From positions 150,598,001 through 150,662,000 of the forward strand of contig NC_042997.1 of the NCBI RefSeq assembly GCF_006345805.1: DNA of 64,000 nucleotides, read 5' to 3'. The position numbers and the translations under genes are program-made. Below are positions 1 to 13,549 of this stretch, piece after piece (the first letter of the stretch is position 1; the number at the start of each line of letters is the position of its first letter). This DNA is from Octopus sinensis (Eukaryota). Under the pieces are notes generated by a model that made no database searches, was not told the origin of the DNA, and saw only the letters and a list, made by a program, of their open reading frames with translations.

Positions 1-1084
1 GAAAGTTTTTTAGGAGAGACCCCTTAAAATGTTCTCGTTCAGACCCAGAAGCAATCCCAAGTCAGCGTTTCTCACAGCATCAACTTCTTATGGATAACAT
101 GTTGCTTTCCTGCTAACGATTTTGGCTTGTTGGAGCTGACCTGTGAATACTTGGCTGCATTCATGATGCCAATGGTCCATTCATATTCTACGTTTGACTC
201 ATAGCTCTATCTTAAGCCGGGAGATAATTTGCAACAGACATGTTGAACGAAAAATGTGAACAACAATTCGCCCTTATTTCCATCGAGGTTGTTAAATACC
301 GTGGAATATCGCTCATGAGACAGTTCTTAGCTTAGCATTTGAATATCATCTTAAAAGCTACTGGAGGTCAGGCCGAATGAAATGTTGCTTCTAAAATATA
401 TCCAACTTTACGAAAACACATCGAAAGCAGAAACATATGTTTAAATCGTTATCATAGTTATGTCTGCCCATCGGTACTATCAAAATAATCATTTCATTTC
501 TTATACACAATTTTGCTTATTATATAAGGAATTGATCGCTTGGAGAAATATTTAGAGAATAAATTTTCCATGATTCCGATAGGAAATTATTCCAGGATTG
601 ATCAACAAGGACTGTATGAGAACGATGGCTGATCACCTAGAGAGAGAGAAAGGGAAAGAGAAACAGAGAGAGAGAGACAACAGTCAGTGACAGAGACAGT
701 GACAGACGGACAGACAGAGACTGAGAGAGATAAAGAGAGAGGAACAGAGAGAAATGGAAAAAGAGAGGAAACTGAATAAGAGTTAAACAGTGGTATCACT
801 ATCCTGATATTGAACAGGAAGATAGAATAATGTGTACTAGTGTTTACAGCAAACGGATCAATTACAAACAGAACTCTTTTGAAAACACAAACAATTATTT
901 GAACTAGGAATCCGATAGACGGCTGTACTTATCTCGGTTAGTCTACAGACAAATTGAGGTTAATTTGATCCTGCCAGAAGCTCCAGTATTCATACACAAT
1001 GCTTGAATAAATAGATAAATAAATTATCCAATGATCTGGAAATCTCTAATTCTTAATATACAATCACAGAGGAAAATGTTTGCT

Positions 1085-1142
1085 TTATTGAATGTGTGTG
1101 CGTGTGCGTAGTGTGTGTGTGCATGTGTGAGTGTCTGTATAT

Positions 1143-1195
<53 letters not shown>

Positions 1196-1228
1196 CATAC
1201 ATACATATATATATATACATATGCATAC

Positions 1229-1285
<57 letters not shown>

Positions 1286-1636
1286 ATATATGAACACACG
1301 CTCACTAAAAATCGTGGAACATCAATCAGGTTTTCTTATGAATAGATCTAAATGAAGTAGATTCATGAATAACTTTTAAAATATGCTGAATGACAAATGG
1401 ACAATATATGAACGTTTGTTAGAAAATGGATGAAAATGATATTTATCGGTATTGAAATCCAAGCACAAAATTATCTTTGTGTATTTGTTTGTATATACGT
1501 ATGTACGTATACACGCATGTATTTATCTATGTATGTGTATAGCTCCCACTTTCTCTCTTTCTCTCCTACTTTGTCGTTATATATACTTCATGTACACATA
1601 TATTTACACACACACACACATATACATTGTATATAT

Positions 1637-1674
<38 letters not shown>

Positions 1675-1763
1675 CTTATGTGTTTGTGTATGTATATACA
1701 TATGTGTATATGTATGTATGTATATATATATATATATATACATACATATACATATATGTATGT

Positions 1764-1823
<60 letters not shown>

Positions 1824-1830
1824 CATACAT
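1085..1830. repeat. Compound (TA)n/(CA)n/(TACA)n microsatellite block, representative of many in the window (e.g. 3040-3240, 6905-7020, 11240-11360, 27770-27960, 43870-44075, 44840-45320, 46960-47340, 48900-49220, 52190-52280, 56990-57440)
   Basis: Directly visible di- and tetranucleotide runs; they generate the [16 protein letters not shown] ORFs in the track. Confidence 0.98.
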
Positions 1831-1952
1831 ACATTTAACCCAATACGAATATCGTAGGAGTGATTATCGTTGAGGAATCATGTTTGGTTTAGAATACAAC
1901 CAGCCAAGCAAGATATGTGTGTGACCGTGTGTTGGTCTATGCATAACATAGA

Positions 1953-1986
<34 letters not shown>

Positions 1987-3131
1987 TTGATCTCTATAGT
2001 TAGTATCCAGTATTATGAGCGATTCGTTTGTTAGATTTTCAACAAAAGCATGAATTTTAAGTGTGCTTCTCAATGAGGACATTTTTTATCTGTTAACCTC
2101 ATCAACACCCGAAAGTGAAGCAATTATTTGTTCCTGTTATCTATTGTATTTTGTTATATAAATCTCAGGAATCTAGTTTCAAATCTAACGTACGTTAAAT
2201 ATTCTATATCACGTAGAAATATATACATTTATTTTTAACACTCTCCTGTACACCAATATATGGAAAGCAGTCACTAAGGGATTTTGTCTGGGAGAAATAT
2301 TTCCTTATGTTGACTTAATGTGTGAGAGCATATCGAGCTAAATCACAAGGGATATTAGTAGCCATTACCACACAGTATGAAATTAATTCACCTCTTTCGT
2401 AGTAGATACCATTTCTGTCTGATAAAGCTAAGCTGGAATATGTTTCTGCTTTCTGTAAATAATATAATTGGCTGGCATGTCGTTCGATTTATCAAACTAC
2501 ATTTATTTTAATGCAACAGAAAGTACCGAATATGAATTCAAAGATGTATGCATATATTTTGCACGCTTCTGTAGCACAGAACTTAAGAATCATTCACTGC
2601 AATACATGTTGGTGGAAGAGAGATACCTTCTAAGGAATTTCTGCGTAAGAACACAAGAGAGCAAGCTCTAAGTAACGACAGCAGATGCCACTTGGTAACC
2701 TTCTGTAAGATAATATGCAAGCAAGATTTGAGAGGCTTTTCTTTTATCTTAAAGGATTGTGCACCCGAGTATGCGAGTGTTGGTATGAATATGAGAAACA
2801 GAAAACACTGTGTTAGACTTTGATGAAGACGAAGAGTATGGAAGGGCTGTGGGGGATACGATTTTGCAGCAAGACAAATGGGAAGATCTGATGACATTGT
2901 ATAAGTGAAACAGGAAACAACGTCTCTACGTCAATAATTTAGTGGTTTGTGTTTAAAATGTTTGTCAGTCCGCCAAATTTTGGCTTCTTTTGTATGAAAG
3001 TTTAAATACTTACATAGCAGTAGCCCTGTCCACTGTTTGTATCTATCTATCTATCTATCTGTCTGTCTATCTATCTATCTATCTATCTGTCTGTCTATCT
3101 ATCTGTCTGTCTATCTGTCTATCTATCTATC

Positions 3132-3162
<31 letters not shown>

Positions 3163-3182
3163 TATGTGTGTGTGTGTGTGTG

Positions 3183-3215
<33 letters not shown>

Positions 3216-3539
3216 TGTCTGTCCTTGTATGTATGTATGTATGGACATGTATAGGTATTAAACACTAGCCAAATCAAAATTTATAGACTTTCTTACACTG
3301 AGGATGAATTATAGACTAACGGATACAAGTGTTGCAGTGTCTTACGAATCTGCAATGGACGGTCAACAGAAGTTGTAGGAAACAAAGCAAATATATGGTA
3401 ATTCTAAATCATTTAATCGTACATTTTGTAAGAAAACTTTTTGGGAATAAATTATTTATAATAGCAATGGAGACATGGATATTTAAATGTCAGATTTAGC
3501 AAAATTATAGACACACACATGCAGCCCATATACTTATAT

Positions 3540-3650
3540 ACGCGGATTTGCAGTTGAGGAATCGCGGGTTCGAATCTCAGACCGGGCGATGTCTGTGTTT
3601 TTGAGCGAAACGCCTAAGCTCCACGCGGCTCCGGCAGAAGTTAATGTCTG
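3540..3650 (+). mobile_element. tRNA-derived SINE head fragment
   Basis: B-box-like GGTTCGAATCTC followed by GACCGGGCGATGT..TGAGCGAAAC, resembling the head of the SINE at 9917-10242. Confidence 0.55.
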
Positions 3651-4459
3651 AAAACCAATGATGGTGTACCCAAGAATGCCAGCCTTGAGGCCAAGAAAAT
3701 TTTGGAGAGGTATAACTTATAGATGAAGACAAAACCACTTGATGCTAAGCAATCTCGTTTTATTTTGAAAGATCATAAACAATTTTTTTTTTAATAATCC
3801 ATCCTTGAGACATATCTGTCCTTCTAGCTCTGACATCGGTGTACTTAGTAAAAATATTCTAGATAGATATATTCTTACCTTAATTTAAAAATTTAAACTT
3901 GGTTTATGGTCCAATTCATTCCAAGTCGTCGACTGGTTTAGTTCTATTACTAATAAGAGGAGCACTAAGTTTATCCAGCTTGACATGTCTAGTTTTTTAT
4001 TCATCCATCAGCCCAATAGTACTTAATAAGGCTTGCTCATAACAAAGCTGGTCTCACCATGGAATAAATTAAAATTGTGTTGGCCGCCAGAAAATCTATC
4101 ATAAAGTTTGACAATAAGATGTGGATCCGTAAAAGCATCGCCCTAACATAAGCAGACACCTGTCGCCCTATCGTTGCTGACGGTAGCTTTTACTCTATCA
4201 AAAGGAGTAGTAGCTTATTTCGACTAACATGTAAAGTAGCTGTCCCAAAGACAACAAGGCCAGTGCAGTGGATGTTATAAAAAATACAGACAGCTTCATT
4301 GAAATCTATGACACTAGGCGTTTCGTCTTTCCCTACCCACAGTCTTCAGCGATTGACATTTTTATAGAGAACCCATTTCTCGTCACTTTTCGGTTCATTC
4401 GTCAGACTTGACAGTAAGGAAGAGCACACATTCACTCTCTGCGCGCGTTTAAACTGGGG

Positions 4460-4740
4460 AATTTTTGAGGGACCCTTTGATACAATTTGCTGACTCTCTC
4501 GATAGCTTGCAGTTGTCGATGAATGGTTGTATCACCAAATCCAAGCGAGTTCCTCAATAATTACGATGCGATTTTGTTCCAGCAGGGCCTGTAGAACGTC
4601 CTAGTCGAGCTTTACAGATCTTCCAGGACGATGCTCGTATTCTATGCTGTAGTTTCGGAAATTCTGGAACCCCATATACCGCATTAATATTACCCACATT
4701 GCGCTGCGTTATTGTGAATAATGACCTCATAAAACAAAAT
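4460..4740 (-). mobile_element. Decayed Tc1/mariner transposase N-terminal (HTH) fragment
   Basis: Minus-strand translation RPGRSVKLD*DVLQALLEQNRIVIIEELA..GFGDTTIHRQLQAIERVSKL matches the mariner RxGRP...L.ALVE.NP..T..ELA...STI.RHL..IG.V.KL pattern; contains stops and frameshifts. Confidence 0.7.
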
Positions 4741-5164
4741 ATGCCGAATATGCTCCTTTTTCACTTCCATCATAGTTTGAAAAACTATCTGTTAAATTCG
4801 AATTGCTCTCTTTAAAATTTGCACTAAGTATAAGGTAAAGTTACTACTTGCTTTTATAGCAAGTTGATGCAGGTAGTCTATCCCGTCCCCCTCCGAATTT
4901 AGTTGAACAATTCAAAGAACTGCATTATTTAGGGGTTGACCGAATATATATATGTGTGTGTGTGTGTATTTCATTTTGGGATTTGGTTTGCAAGATTCTT
5001 TATGCGAGTTCGTGTAATGAAGCATATTTTGTTGTATCTGGAGAGAGTCATTATGTTTATGTGCCTTTTTGTTTAACAAACTCACCAGTTCAGTTTCCAG
5101 CCGTTTACTTCTTTATTTATACTGTAGGTATGTAGTTGAGAATAATATTCTAGTTAAAACCAAG

Positions 5165-5510
5165 TCTAGTAAAGGTAGTGCAGTAACCGAGGGCAACGTA
5201 ATGGAGGGCATCCAGCATGTAGCTAACACCATCCACCAAAGTATTAAGGTAGCTATAGTTTAACCCGCTTGGCATCTTAACAATAGACTCCCAGTCCTTG
5301 ATACTGAACTTTGGTTAGATACTGTGAACAACAGAATGCAGCACCTCCAATCCTATTACCCATAGCATCTATATACGCCACTCACAAGAGCTCGGGTTTT
5401 CACACAATATGAAAATCAACATACAAATAGCAGAGTGAGAGCAAACCCTATGAACCAGAGAATCAAGTACAGAACTTCATGCACCGAAAGCAATTCTCTG
5501 CGCAGGAAAA
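5165..5510 (+). mobile_element. Decayed Penelope-like element RT C-terminal fragment
   Basis: VMEGIQHVANTIHQSIKV...LNNRLPVLDTELWLDTVNNRMQHL resembles the PLE ANTIHPSIQ..D...LPVLD..LW region; interrupted by stops and ends at (TA)n. Confidence 0.55.
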
Positions 5511-5534
5511 GAAAGATAGGGTTAGGATGTATAT

Positions 5535-5579
<45 letters not shown>

Positions 5580-5692
5580 CGTCCCTTCATTAGTTGTTGG
5601 CTGTCTATTTACTCCTCATTTAGACCATTGCAGGACAGTATGAGCTTTCGAAGGCAACTGGTCCCACAACATCCCAAATAAATTTAGGATAT

Positions 5693-5731
<39 letters not shown>

Positions 5732-6399
5732 ATATATTATATATATTTTATATATCATATATATTATATATATATAATATAATATAAGTATATATGGGCA
5801 ACAGACACGAACACACATACACACACGTACGTACGTACACTTATTGCATGTTTTGTGCACGCATACATGTTTATAAACAGAAATGAATGGAAAAAAATGT
5901 TGTTAAATTTGTAGATTAACACTCGCATAATTTTCACTAAGAAAAAAACGTTTTTATTTTCGCATGGAAGCAAATACTCCGGCCTCAAAACCCTTTTTGT
6001 GATCCGTGAAATGGAGTGGCGTGTGGTGGAAGCCTCGCAAATTGTACCCATTTATATTGTGTAATTCATTGACAAATTGTTACTCACCTCTTTGTTTCTT
6101 TGTTGTTAAATAAATGGATTGTCAACAAAACACTTTTTTACTCGGCGTAAAATAAAAACAAAACTCTTTAGCGCCCAAAGTAATGTGTGTGAGAGAGAGG
6201 TGGAGAAAGATGAACGATTTAAAATAAACAAATGATTTAAAATAAATATATTGTAATTGTAGTGTGAGAAAGTATTTTTAGTATGATTATAAAATATAGT
6301 GTGCCTTTCAAAAACAAAAAAAAAACAAAACATTTTATAGTTTCTTTTTCATGAACGTCATAACACTCTGCCCCATTCTTCCACTTTGCTTTATCTTAA

Positions 6400-6680
6400 T
6401 TTTTTTTGTTAGACGATGACAAAAAAGCTAAGGCTGCTTATGAATCATTTACTCTCTGTCTCTTCTTCTCTCACTTTGTCTTTCCCGTCAATCTCTCTGC
6501 CTCCTTCTTCCATTTTTTTAAACTTATTTTTTTTGGTAGACGCCGTCAAAAAAGCAATGGCTCTATATCTCTCTCTCCTTCTCTCACTTTGTCTGTCTCG
6601 TGAAACTCTCTGCCTCCTTCTTCCACTCTTCTTTATCGTATTTTTTTTTGTTAGACGCCATCAAAAAGCAATGACTGATA
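6400..6680. repeat. Imperfect tandem repeat, about 2.3 copies of a 115-127 bp unit
   Basis: G(T/G)TAGACG..AAAAAGC recurs near 6408, 6535 and 6650, with CTTCTCTCACTTTGTCT and TCTCTGCCTCCTTCTTCCA repeated between. Confidence 0.8.
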
Positions 6681-8833
6681 TTTGTTATGGTTAAAAGCTA
6701 TGGTTGAAAATAATTGAAAATAGATTTTTTACCCAATGCACAGGTGCCTCGGGAAAAAACTAAGTTGACAAAACCGAGATAGGCTGTTGACAAATGTCTT
6801 CCTAAAATTTGAGCGACATGCGTGCGAATTTGTGGACGTGCATAAATTACAATCACGTACACACAGACACGCGCACACACATCCTCCCTTTTATAGATAT
6901 GATATATATATGTGGGTATGTATGTATGTATGTATGTATGTATGTATGTATGTATGTATGTATGTATGTATGTATGTATGTATGTATGCATGCATGTATG
7001 TATCTATGTATGTATGTTATACTTCGTACATGCTCTTTTTCTTCCTTATGAATTATTTCAGCGTCTCAAGACTTACCTTCAGCCTTAACAGGGTAAGTGT
7101 GGTGCTGCAAGAACTGCTTTGATGCCAGAGGCCCTTACTTTGAAGAAGGGTTTCGAACCTCTCTGAATATAATAAATATCTGTCTTGAAAAGTCTCTAAA
7201 AAGTCTGGAAAGCACATGTTTTATTTTCCGTTTCTTCCCCGAGTACTCTCTGCTAATTTCCACTCTATTTTTCTTTCTTTCCCCAATATATATCTTGTTT
7301 CGTATTATATACTCACTCTGGCTTTATACGTTTTGATATTTCCAATATTCTATGAGTATGTACGAATATTAAACTTTGTGTTTCTTGGAACAAAATTCGT
7401 CTACTCTATTTTTTGTTATTTTATTTTTTCTTCTTATCAATACAATATATTTGTACCTACAAAACATAAATTTTATATGCACCCACACAGGCACACACAC
7501 GCGCACCCGCGCAGGAACACATATATGTTTCTATATATATCCATCTTTGTATGCATATTTTATGATTATATATATGTATATATATAATTTGCAGTATAAA
7601 TTTCTGCTCACAGACAATGACGTTATCTCCGTCTTTTTCACTCGTTTTATCATTATCAGTCTTTCTAACAATCTCATACATACAGACACATAAATTACTA
7701 TGAAATAAACAAATAGATGAGGAGAGCAATGCTAGGCGCGGGTAAGTGTGTAGGAGAGTTTGTATGTATTATATGTATATATATATATATATATATACAT
7801 ATATATAAACAAATGTGTGTATATATTTGTATATATATATATATGGTTACATATGCATATGCGTATGTTTCCCTTTCTCTTTCTCTGTCCTCAATTTCCT
7901 GTCTTTTTGTCCTATTTTACACACTTCATCGATCTCACACTCTCTAAATCATATCGTTCCTATTTTTCCTGTTTTCATAATTTTACTTTCTCATTTTTTC
8001 ATTGTATATTCATTTTCATTTTTGTATCTCTCTTACCATTTCCCAAGCTTTGCTTTCATTTCTCTCCTCCTCAATCTATATATTCCCTTTTTCGTTCTTT
8101 CTTTCACCGCCTCTCTTTATTGTTGCATTCCGTTTCAGTATTTTAATTACTTATCCTCTTTCCATCTTATTTGCTCCTTACCCTTAATACTTCAGCCTGT
8201 TTTCTTTCTGTCTACTTTTCTTTTAACGTCTCGTTCGTTATTGTCACTAAGTAACTTATTTCAAATTCTATTGCAATTCTAATTCTCTTTATTCTTCTTG
8301 TCTATTTTAGTTCCATTGTTCCTGATCTCTTTTCATTCCAAAAAAATAAGAAGATGGTGAAGGTAATGTATCATAATCATACAAGAATGCAAATAAAAAC
8401 CCAAACTCGTCTTTACGTTGCGTGCAACTGATACATAAATGCGAATAAAATGATACGATATTCATGTCGACTACAACGGACTCGGGTGAAATTAAACTGC
8501 GCACCGATAACTTGCTTCCTGATAGTTATGTAACATCGAACGATGATCTTGATATCTTTTTGCCGATGTGTTTATAGTGTTTCTTTCATAAAAAAGAAAT
8601 GACCTGAATGGCTCGGTGACTGAAGTACCAGGACAAACATCCGTCCTACATCATGGTGAAAAATACTTTCCAATGTGAACCCAGTATATTTCCATTGCAC
8701 ACAAGCAGTATACCGAGACGTTGTTTATCTCGCTTCCAGCGGTAGATTTGTAAGGAGGATGTGATTAGTTGCATCTAATGCTAATTTCAAACACACCAGC
8801 TGATTACAGGCCAACCAATCAATATAATGAACC

Positions 8834-9420
8834 ACGGCAAGCTGGCAGAAACGTTAGCACGCGGGGTGAAATGCTTAGCGGTATTTCATCCGCCGTTACG
8901 TTCTGAGTTCAAATTCTTCCGAGGTCGTCTTTGCCTTTCATCCTTTCGGGGTCGATAAATTAAGGACCAGTTACGCACTGGGGCTTATGTAATCGAATTA
9001 ATCCGTTTGTCTGTCTTTGTCCTCTTTGTGTTTAGCCCTCTTGTGGGTAGTAAAGAAATAGGTATTTCGTCTGCAGCTACGTTGTGAGTTAAGTTCCGCC
9101 GAGGTCAACTTTGCCTTTCATCATTTCGGTGTTGATTAATTAAGTACCAGTTACGCACTGGGGTCGATATAATCGACTTAATCCGTTTGTCTGTCCTTGT
9201 ATATCTCCTCTTTGTGTAGCCCTTTGTGTGCAGTAAAGAAATAGGTATTTCGTCTACCGTTACATTCTGTGTTGAAATTCAGACGAGGTCGACTTTGCTT
9301 AACATCCTTTCGGGGTCGATTAAAGAAGTGCCAGTTACGCACTGGAGTCGATGTAATCGACTTAATCCCTTTGTATTTCTTGTCCCCTCTGTTTAGCCCC
9401 CTGTGGGCAATAAAGAAATA
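8834..9420 (+). mobile_element. SINE family A: one tRNA-like head plus three head-to-tail units of about 180 bp
   Basis: Units start with GGTATTTC at 8880, 9061 and 9244 and end TAAAGAAATA. Core GTCGACTTTGCCTTTCATCCTTTCGGGGTCGATAAATTAAGTACCAG resembles the Nin/Deu-type conserved SINE domain (inference). Confidence 0.9.
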
Positions 9421-9916
9421 AAAAGGAGATATAATGAATCACTGTCTCCTCACTACACGCTAAATTAGTATTTGAATAATTTCTGATACCACAGATATCT
9501 TCTCCTTTGTAGACCTAATGCTGCTTCTGTTGAAGGAACGAATGACTTGGTTTGGTGTCGAAAAGAAACCTATGTCGAAAATACAGCAAATTAAACCAAA
9601 GCAAAAAAATAAAAATAAAAATAAAGAAAGGATAACTTCGTCATGGAAGGTGTGTTTTTAGATTCGTTAAGTTAATGATACTTTGCAGTATAGCCACTGT
9701 CACTGCGTTACGGATTGATGTGAAAAAGGGCAATGCTTGAGATTTGGTATATGTTTTGTCATTGGCTACGGCGAATATAGACTATTAAGGATAAGAGTTT
9801 TAAAAAGATGGATTTGGAATTATAGAATTGGCTGCCAAATCGATTCGGTAACGGGACTTTCTAATGAAACCCAGAATAAACAATATAGTCAAATATGTGT
9901 TTGTATATCACTAATT

Positions 9917-10242
9917 AGTGGTGGTGACCCCCTTCGGTCAGACACTGACCATGGGTTTGCACCTAGAGAGTTACCCTCTGAGGCACAAGTCTGGGCAAGC
10001 TTGTTTTATGGAAGACCAGCAGTCGCCCATGCATACCGGCCTCCCCTTTCCACGTCACCGATGTTGTCCAAGGGAAAGGCAAGGGCCGATACAGCTTGGC
10101 ACTTGTGACGTCGCAACTCATTTCTACAGCTGAGTCAACTGGAGCAACGTGAAATAAAGTGTCTTGCTCAAGAACACAACACGCAGCCCGGTCCGGGATT
10201 CGAGCTCACAATCTCACGATCGTAAGCTCGACGCTCTAACCA
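9917..10242 (-). mobile_element. tRNA-derived SINE (family C), near full length
   Basis: Minus strand GGTTAGAGCGTCGAGCTTACGATCGTGAG...TCGAATCCCGG (A/B-box tRNA-like head) followed by a unique body. Confidence 0.8.
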
Positions 10243-11309
10243 CATGGTGTCATAATTAATTCGTTCATAGTGATAGCAAAAACCGGTATGCGGTTGTCTC
10301 TTTAGCGTACACGTCGAGTCGAAAGTTAGTCTGATATGTCACTGTCGACGATACGTTCACTGACAGCCACATGTCAGAATCTACAACCCTTCCTCGCTAC
10401 GGGAGTCATGAAGAGGGCACAAGCGAAATGAAGAAACCCCCATGGAAACAGATGGTTTCGTAGGTAAACGAGCAATGAAAAATTGGCTGAAATGATTAGC
10501 AAAGCAGTTTCTGTTGCAAATCTGAGGCAGCGAATTGTTTTGGCAACTTTATGTGTCAGCACACTGCTGGATGGATAGGAATAATAACGACTATAATACG
10601 AAACACGAATATCATAGAATTTTCTAAAGATGCGGACAACGGGGTTTCAAATGTTAAAGGAGGCTTCTTAAATAGTTAAAGAGTAGACGATAAAAAGGAA
10701 AATTCTAATTAGAAAAATATAAGAGAAATATTCAATTTCATTCAGAAAGTTTTAAAATTTACGTAAATAAAATTTCTACACGAATATTTATTCAAATGAA
10801 TGCGTGCTAATAGAGTCAATTACTGTTATGTTTATTTGCAAATCTGACTGTGTAGGAATGCCTATGTGTACGATATATATATTTTTTTTCTTTTTTCTCT
10901 GCCTTTATGTATGCATGTATGCATCAGTCTATCTGTATTTGTGTATGCGTGTATACATAAACATATCTGTCTATGAATATAAGTCATCCCCTATCTTTTA
11001 CTTGTCTCATTCATTACATTGCAGCGAAGCTGGGTCACCGAGTTGACAAATTTAGCCGCTCCTCAGTACATATTTTCCCCCTAAACGTAATAGTTATTAT
11101 AGCAATGTGTTTTTGCCGAACTACTATGTTACAGGGACGTAAACACAGGTCGTCGAGGTCTGATGGGGTGGGGGGGCTAACACAAATTCAAATGCACGCA
11201 CACGTTAATATATACATGCACACCCCCACACAAACACCCCCCACACAGATAGATAGATAGATAGATAAATATGTAGGTAGGTAGGTAGGTAGGTAGGTAG
11301 GTAGATAGG

Positions 11310-11359
<50 letters not shown>

Positions 11360-11905
11360 TAGGTATACGCGTGGTATTATGTTTCCGTTTGCATTAAGAC
11401 TTTCCCAGAAGAAAAGTGTATTGAATATGCTTCATACCAGAATATTTTCCCTTTTATTAAACGGTCTTGAAGGTAGTTTTAATGAGATTTGAATTATTAA
11501 TTCTGAAACCTTTACCGTAATATCATTTGTACGGTGCACCTGGGCGCTGCAAGGTCGATGTCACAGTAGCCACTTAGGTGTGTGGTGGAATTGCATATAT
11601 ATTACACACACACATACACACACACACATGTGTAAATATGTTCGTTTAAGCGGCATACATAAGCATGCACGATGTGTTGTCTCCCTTGTCTGTGTGTGCG
11701 TGTAACATGTTTCTTCGAATATATATCAATATTCGGATCTGCATTTCTCTGCCATATCTCTACAGTAACTGAGTATCTCAATTTCTTCATAGGAATTTTC
11801 TGCACACTTGCCACGGAACATAATAATATCTTGTTTTATTATGACATAGGAATAATTTTAAATGCAGTTAAAAGTGATTGCCGTTATTATATACATGTGT
11901 GTGTA

Positions 11906-12605
11906 AGGCGGCGAGCTGGCAGAAACGTTAGCACGCCGGGAGAAATGCTTAGCAGTATTTTGTCTGCCGTTACGTTCTGAGTTCAAAATCCGTCGAGGTC
12001 GACTTTGCCTTTCATCCTTTCGGGGTCGATAAATTAAGTACCAGTTACGAACTGGGGTCGATTTAATCGATTTAACCTCTTTGTCTATCCTTGTTTGTTC
12101 TCTCTGTGTTTAGCCCCTTGTGGATAGTAAAAAATAGGTATTTCCTCTGCCGCTACGTTCTGAGTTCAAATTCCGCCGAGGTCGAATTGCCTTTTATCCT
12201 TTCGGGGTCAATAAATTGAGTACCAGTTACACACTTGGGTCGATGTAATCGACTTAATCACTTTGTTCTTGTTTGTCCCCTCTATGTTTAGCAATAAAGA
12301 AATAACAAACTTTAGCACGCCGGGGGAAATGTTTAGCGGTATTTCGTCTGCCGAGGTCGACTTTGCTTTCATCATTCGGGATCGATAAATTAAGTACCAG
12401 TTACGCACTGGAGTCGATATAATCGACTTAATCCGTTTGCCTGTCCTAGTTTGTCTCCCCTCTGTTTAGCCCTTTGTGTGTAATAAAGAAATAGGTATTT
12501 CATCTGTCTTTAAGTACTGAGTTCAAATTCTACAGAGGTTGACTTTGCCTTTCATTCTTTCAGGGTAGATAAATTAATTACCAATTGCGTACTCTCATCG
12601 ATCTA
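11906..12605 (+). mobile_element. SINE family A tandem array (four units; the last is diverged and lacks the young tail)
   Basis: Head AGGCGGCGAGCTGGCAGAAACGTTAGCACGCC at 11906; junctions AAATA|GGTATTTC near 12137 and 12494, and GAAATA|ACAAACTTTAGCACGCC near 12305. Confidence 0.9.
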
Positions 12606-12630
12606 ATTGTGTCAAAAGTATATACCTGTG

Positions 12631-12673
<43 letters not shown>

Positions 12674-12856
12674 ATAAATATTAGGGAATAAATCCAAATT
12701 TACAGGGGAAAATCAGATTTAGGATTGAATCCAATTTTATGGTAAAATATAATATATTATTAATTAGAGACAAAACCACTATTATGCAAATCAAACATAG
12801 AAAGACTTAATCCAATACATAAAAATTTTTATATAAATTAAATAAAATTAAGTTAT

Positions 12857-12902
12857 CCACTACAATTGTTTCCTGTCACTTCTAAGGACATTCATCAGGT
12901 GG
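12857..12902 (-). ncRNA. Minimal type I hammerhead ribozyme
   Basis: Reverse complement of the 12958-13003 copy. Confidence 0.8.
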
Positions 12903-12957
12903 TTTCAAGACCTTCTATTCAATTTTAAATTATGAATTTGAATAGAAGGTCTTGAAA

Positions 12958-13003
12958 CCACCTGATGAATGTCCTTAGAAGTGACAGGAAACAATTGTAG
13001 TGG
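12958..13003 (+). ncRNA. Minimal type I hammerhead ribozyme
   Basis: CCAC-CTGATGA-A-TGTC(loop)GACA-G-GAA-ACAATTGT-A-GTGG: stem I CCAC/GTGG, palindromic stem III, GUA cleavage triplet. Confidence 0.8.
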
Positions 13004-13549
13004 ATAACTTAGTTTTATTTAATTTATATAAAAAATATATATATATCTTTCTATCTATCTATCTATGCACACATAGTAAAACTTCTTAACTCTTTTTTTA
13101 CTTACAACAAATTTGTTATCAGTATTGTTGTAGCAAGTCCTATTCTCTTTAGTTCATTTAATACTTTAATATTTCCACTAAAGGGGATTACTTTTCTTGT
13201 GTCTATTAGTTGCATGAATAACATCAGTAAATCAAATATGTTCAAATCTCATTATCAAGGTATCGAATCGGTTTCGATGATGTGTATTCGATCTTTTAAA
13301 ATAGCTGTTCGTTCAAGTAGTTATTCCACTGATACGAGTACCCTTAATATTTTTCGCAAGACTAGACCTTTCAATTACAGTTACAATCCTTTCGATGTGT
13401 TTTCTCACAATTTCTATCACCCCAGTTTTACTCAAATCGATCCGATGTTTAGATAAAACATAATCGTCTTAGATATTTAAGCTGAACAATACCATTGCGA
13501 AGCGAACTTCTTGACATTTGGTTCATAATGTGTCCGTCATCAACTGTAT

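Larger units (their letters stand above)
12664..13035. mobile_element. Fold-back PLE pseudo-LTR fragment (family 1) inserted in (TA)n
   Basis: Inverted arms centred near 12930, each with a hammerhead; the long arm matches 33901-34340 and 53654-53958. Confidence 0.85.

Noticed and set aside
1024-1857. Many 60-240 aa ORFs rich in YI, CV, HT, LS or RE dipeptides here and throughout the track
   Set aside because: They are translations of (TA)n, (CA)n, (GA)n and (TAGA)n tracts, which lack stop codons in most frames.
2886-2925. CTGATGA...GAAACAACGTC
   Set aside because: No consistent stem II or stem I register.
8310-8370. Possible exon (TTTTAG acceptor, ATGGTGAAG|GTAATG donor) after a long pyrimidine-rich tract
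   Set aside because: Only three codons and no partner exons; such signals are common by chance.
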